Of a stretch of 64,000 nucleotides of DNA, positions 61,493 to 64,000 are shown one piece after another (positions within the stretch are counted from its first letter, which is position 1; each line of letters opens with the position of its first letter). Origin of the DNA: Gonapodya sp. JEL0774 (Eukaryota); assembly GCA_027604505.1 (NCBI GenBank), contig JADIIX010000005.1, positions 62,001 through 126,000 of the forward strand, in the 5' to 3' direction. Made by a program: the position numbers and the translations under genes. Under the pieces are notes generated by a model. It was not told where the DNA came from and ran no database searches. It was given only the letters and a program-made list of their open reading frames with translations.

Positions 61493-64000
61493 ATGCAATC
61501 TGCCCGCCAGAAATCCGTTGTCCCGCAAAAGGCATTCGCCTTCAAAGTACCCCTTTCGCGCGCTCCAAAGGGTTCTGGAACGCCTTTGTCGTCATCCGCC
61601 GCCGCCAATCGTCCTGCCCCACTTGACCAAACCGTCGCGGCGGCCAGCCAGCTTTCGGCTTCCAACCGGCCCAGCACAGCTCTGACGATTGCATTGCAGA
61701 ATTTTCCAAAGCAGCAGCAGGTTGGAAGCCAGCGTGCTTCCTCTATCCGTGGGCCAACTTCAACGGTACACTGGAATCCCTCCGAGGACTCACACAGGGG
61801 CACTTCGCTCAAGCGATCCTCGTCCATAATCCGCAGTGGCGCTCCCAACGATGAAAATGCTCGACCTCATCATCGGAGCGAATCTATGGATGGCAGGCTT
61901 GCGGGACCAGGACACACCATCTCCGCACCTCGCATTCTTGGTGGCAACTCATCCTCAGCTCAGCCGGCGATTCCAGCATCTCGAGGACGTTCGGTCACCC
62001 CTGGACGTGGCCGCAGTACTGCCGACAGCTCAGACAAGGAGAATTTCTTGAATCCCCCGAGGACTCCCGAAAACCGACAGGCAGGCTTGGTGCCTGCAGG
62101 CACCAGAATGGGAACCCAGGGTGGTGGCCGGACTGGCGGTACGAGGCGCACTTACTCGATTCGCGATCTTAGGAAGTTCGTCTACTTTGTGGACAGGTCC
62201 AAGTTTGTGCCCATGGAATACCAGTATCTTATTTCGACGATCCAAAGGTTCCCGGCGGTGCGTTTCACTCAGGCAACAAGCATGTTTGAGCATGAACATT
62301 ACATCTTCTGTCCTAAACCTGAACCCGGATCCTCTATTCTCTCCTCAGCAACACGAAAAGTTTTTCAGCAAGTCAGTAACTGTCCTCATAACAAAAGATG
62401 TAAACAATGGAGACTACGATAATCACCAGTACGTCGTGGAACGCCCCAACTTCTCCATTGTTTAATCTTGAAGCTTTATCACTTGATCCCACCAGCTCGC
62501 TGGTATCTCGCGCAAGGGACAGCGGAACCATCCAGACATGGTCAGCCAGCTGTGGGTCCTCGCAGCTGTTGACACCGATTCGGGCTCCGCTTATGCGTCA
62601 AATTCATTTATTTCCTTGTGTCCCTCCCGACTCCCCACTAGACTTCCGTCTGCAAGCACAGCGCGCACTCGGGCTTTCGGGTGAACCTCACACAACTCGC
62701 CCTAATCTTCTTGATCGACTCACTGCCGAGCGCGCGTGGGGTCCATCCACCGGTGACTCGAGTGTTCACTACCTCAGAGGTCATTACTTGTTGTGCGAGG
62801 AACGTTCTGGCGCGTATAAGCCGATTCTGTGCAAGGAGTACGAAAAGGAGCAAGTCGGGGACAGGCATGGGTATCCCATTCTTCACGGTGTGGGGGACAG
62901 GGCAGTGGCGAACAGGTGGGTCGTCGTTTGAGCGCAGAGAAAGCTTGAACCAATCAGGCGCCAACCACTCTCTCCGAAATGCAACGTAGGTGTCCATTCA
63001 CGTATTTCGAAGGCGCGCCCGAGGAATTTGCCAAAATACGGAATGATGATGCCTACAGATTGAGATTGGTGCGCAGGCTTTACGCTCGTAAAATGAACGA
63101 GAAACGAATACGGCAGGAGAAAAGGATGGCCAAGGCGGCGAAGATTAACTTGGTTGAGACCATCTCTGGTATTGCGAAGAGTCACAGATCAAATCCTTCG
63201 AGTGGAGTGGTAAGCAGGAAGCAGATGGATGATCGTCTGGCGAGAGGTTGGGATGATGGAGATGTTAGTGGACGCAGAACTCTTTTCATTTGGTCAGATT
63301 CACATGATGCTCATTGTTTCTACATTGTGTATCTCCGGCATCACCAGACGACTCTTCAAAATACCATCTCAACTGTCTCAACCCGGCGCCGCGGGGATCC
63401 CCAGTCTTCGGGGATAAGGGGAACTACCTCCACCGCGATTCCTCGGGCCGCCGCTGCACCTCTTCCTGTATTGCCCGGTGCTCGTCTTATTGATCTGCCG
63501 AAAACTGCAGCTGGGAAGCTCCCTCGTGGAAGCGGGACAGGTGGCAAGTCTCGCAAGGAACCAAAGACAGACCGGGTGCGTATAGTTCCGGGATTCATGA
63601 CCAAGGCCGGTTACTGTGAACACTGCTGTGTGAAGTATGAAACATTTGCAGAGGTGGGTGTCCCAATATGTGGACGTTTTCGGCACGACCGCGACGATTC
63701 CAACCACCGGAACTGGATTGTTTTGTTCCACGTTTGCATCACTTCGACCTCAGCATATCGCATCAAACATGCACAAAGATCAAGCCAATAACGCTGCCGC
63801 TTTTGCTGAACTTGATGCTCTTCTTCTGAAGCTGGCTCGCCCACTCAAAAAGATCACTCGCAAGAATTCTTCTTCAGCCACTGCCGTCAATGACTCCGAT
63901 CACGATGAGAGTGATGGTGGGAGCGATAGGACAGGTGAAGACGATTCCTTCTTTGGTGGTAGTGATTTCGGAATGGGCAGTGACTATGCGAAGAGCGAAG
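61493..64000 (+). CDS. DBF4: Dbf4/Dfp1, regulatory subunit of the Cdc7 kinase (3' end outside window)
   Basis: BRCT-like motif N (FFSKSVTVLIT); motif M (HYLRGHYLLCEERSGAYKPILCKEY); motif C zinc finger KAGYCEHCCVKYETFAE/HIASNMH...AFAELDALL. Confidence 0.9.

Overview
Gene-dense, intron-rich eukaryotic DNA (mostly 50-90 nt GT-AG introns), most likely from a flagellated (zoosporic, chytrid-type) fungus: axonemal genes DNAL4 and RSPH3 sit among fungal-type YAK1, SEC2, PBN1/PIG-X and DBF4. By splicing manually I can support about 24 protein genes. The right-hand ~30 kb is conserved housekeeping (PIG-X, DNAL4, YAK1, CHD1, eIF3m, SEC2, RSPH3, an MFS transporter, RVB1, RNase H2A, DBF4). The 6-28 kb part is more lineage-specific, and the ORF track fragments several of its genes. 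These include an apparently intact FATP/Fat1-family gene ending in -SKL whose ATP-binding motifs are all substituted and whose P-loop is built from 8-nt and 7-nt microexons, a tandem pair of small His-rich multi-TM proteins, a two-TM Cache/HAMP-type receptor with no output domain, and a putatively mitochondrial coiled-coil protein with a HEPN-like YxxLSxxIH motif. Other features are a MYND finger split inside Cys codons, a candidate kissing-loop RNA structure and several GC-AG introns. The intervals 7.5-10.9 kb and 12.9-14.7 kb remain unresolved. All calls come from motif recognition by eye; no database search was run, and gene spans include introns.
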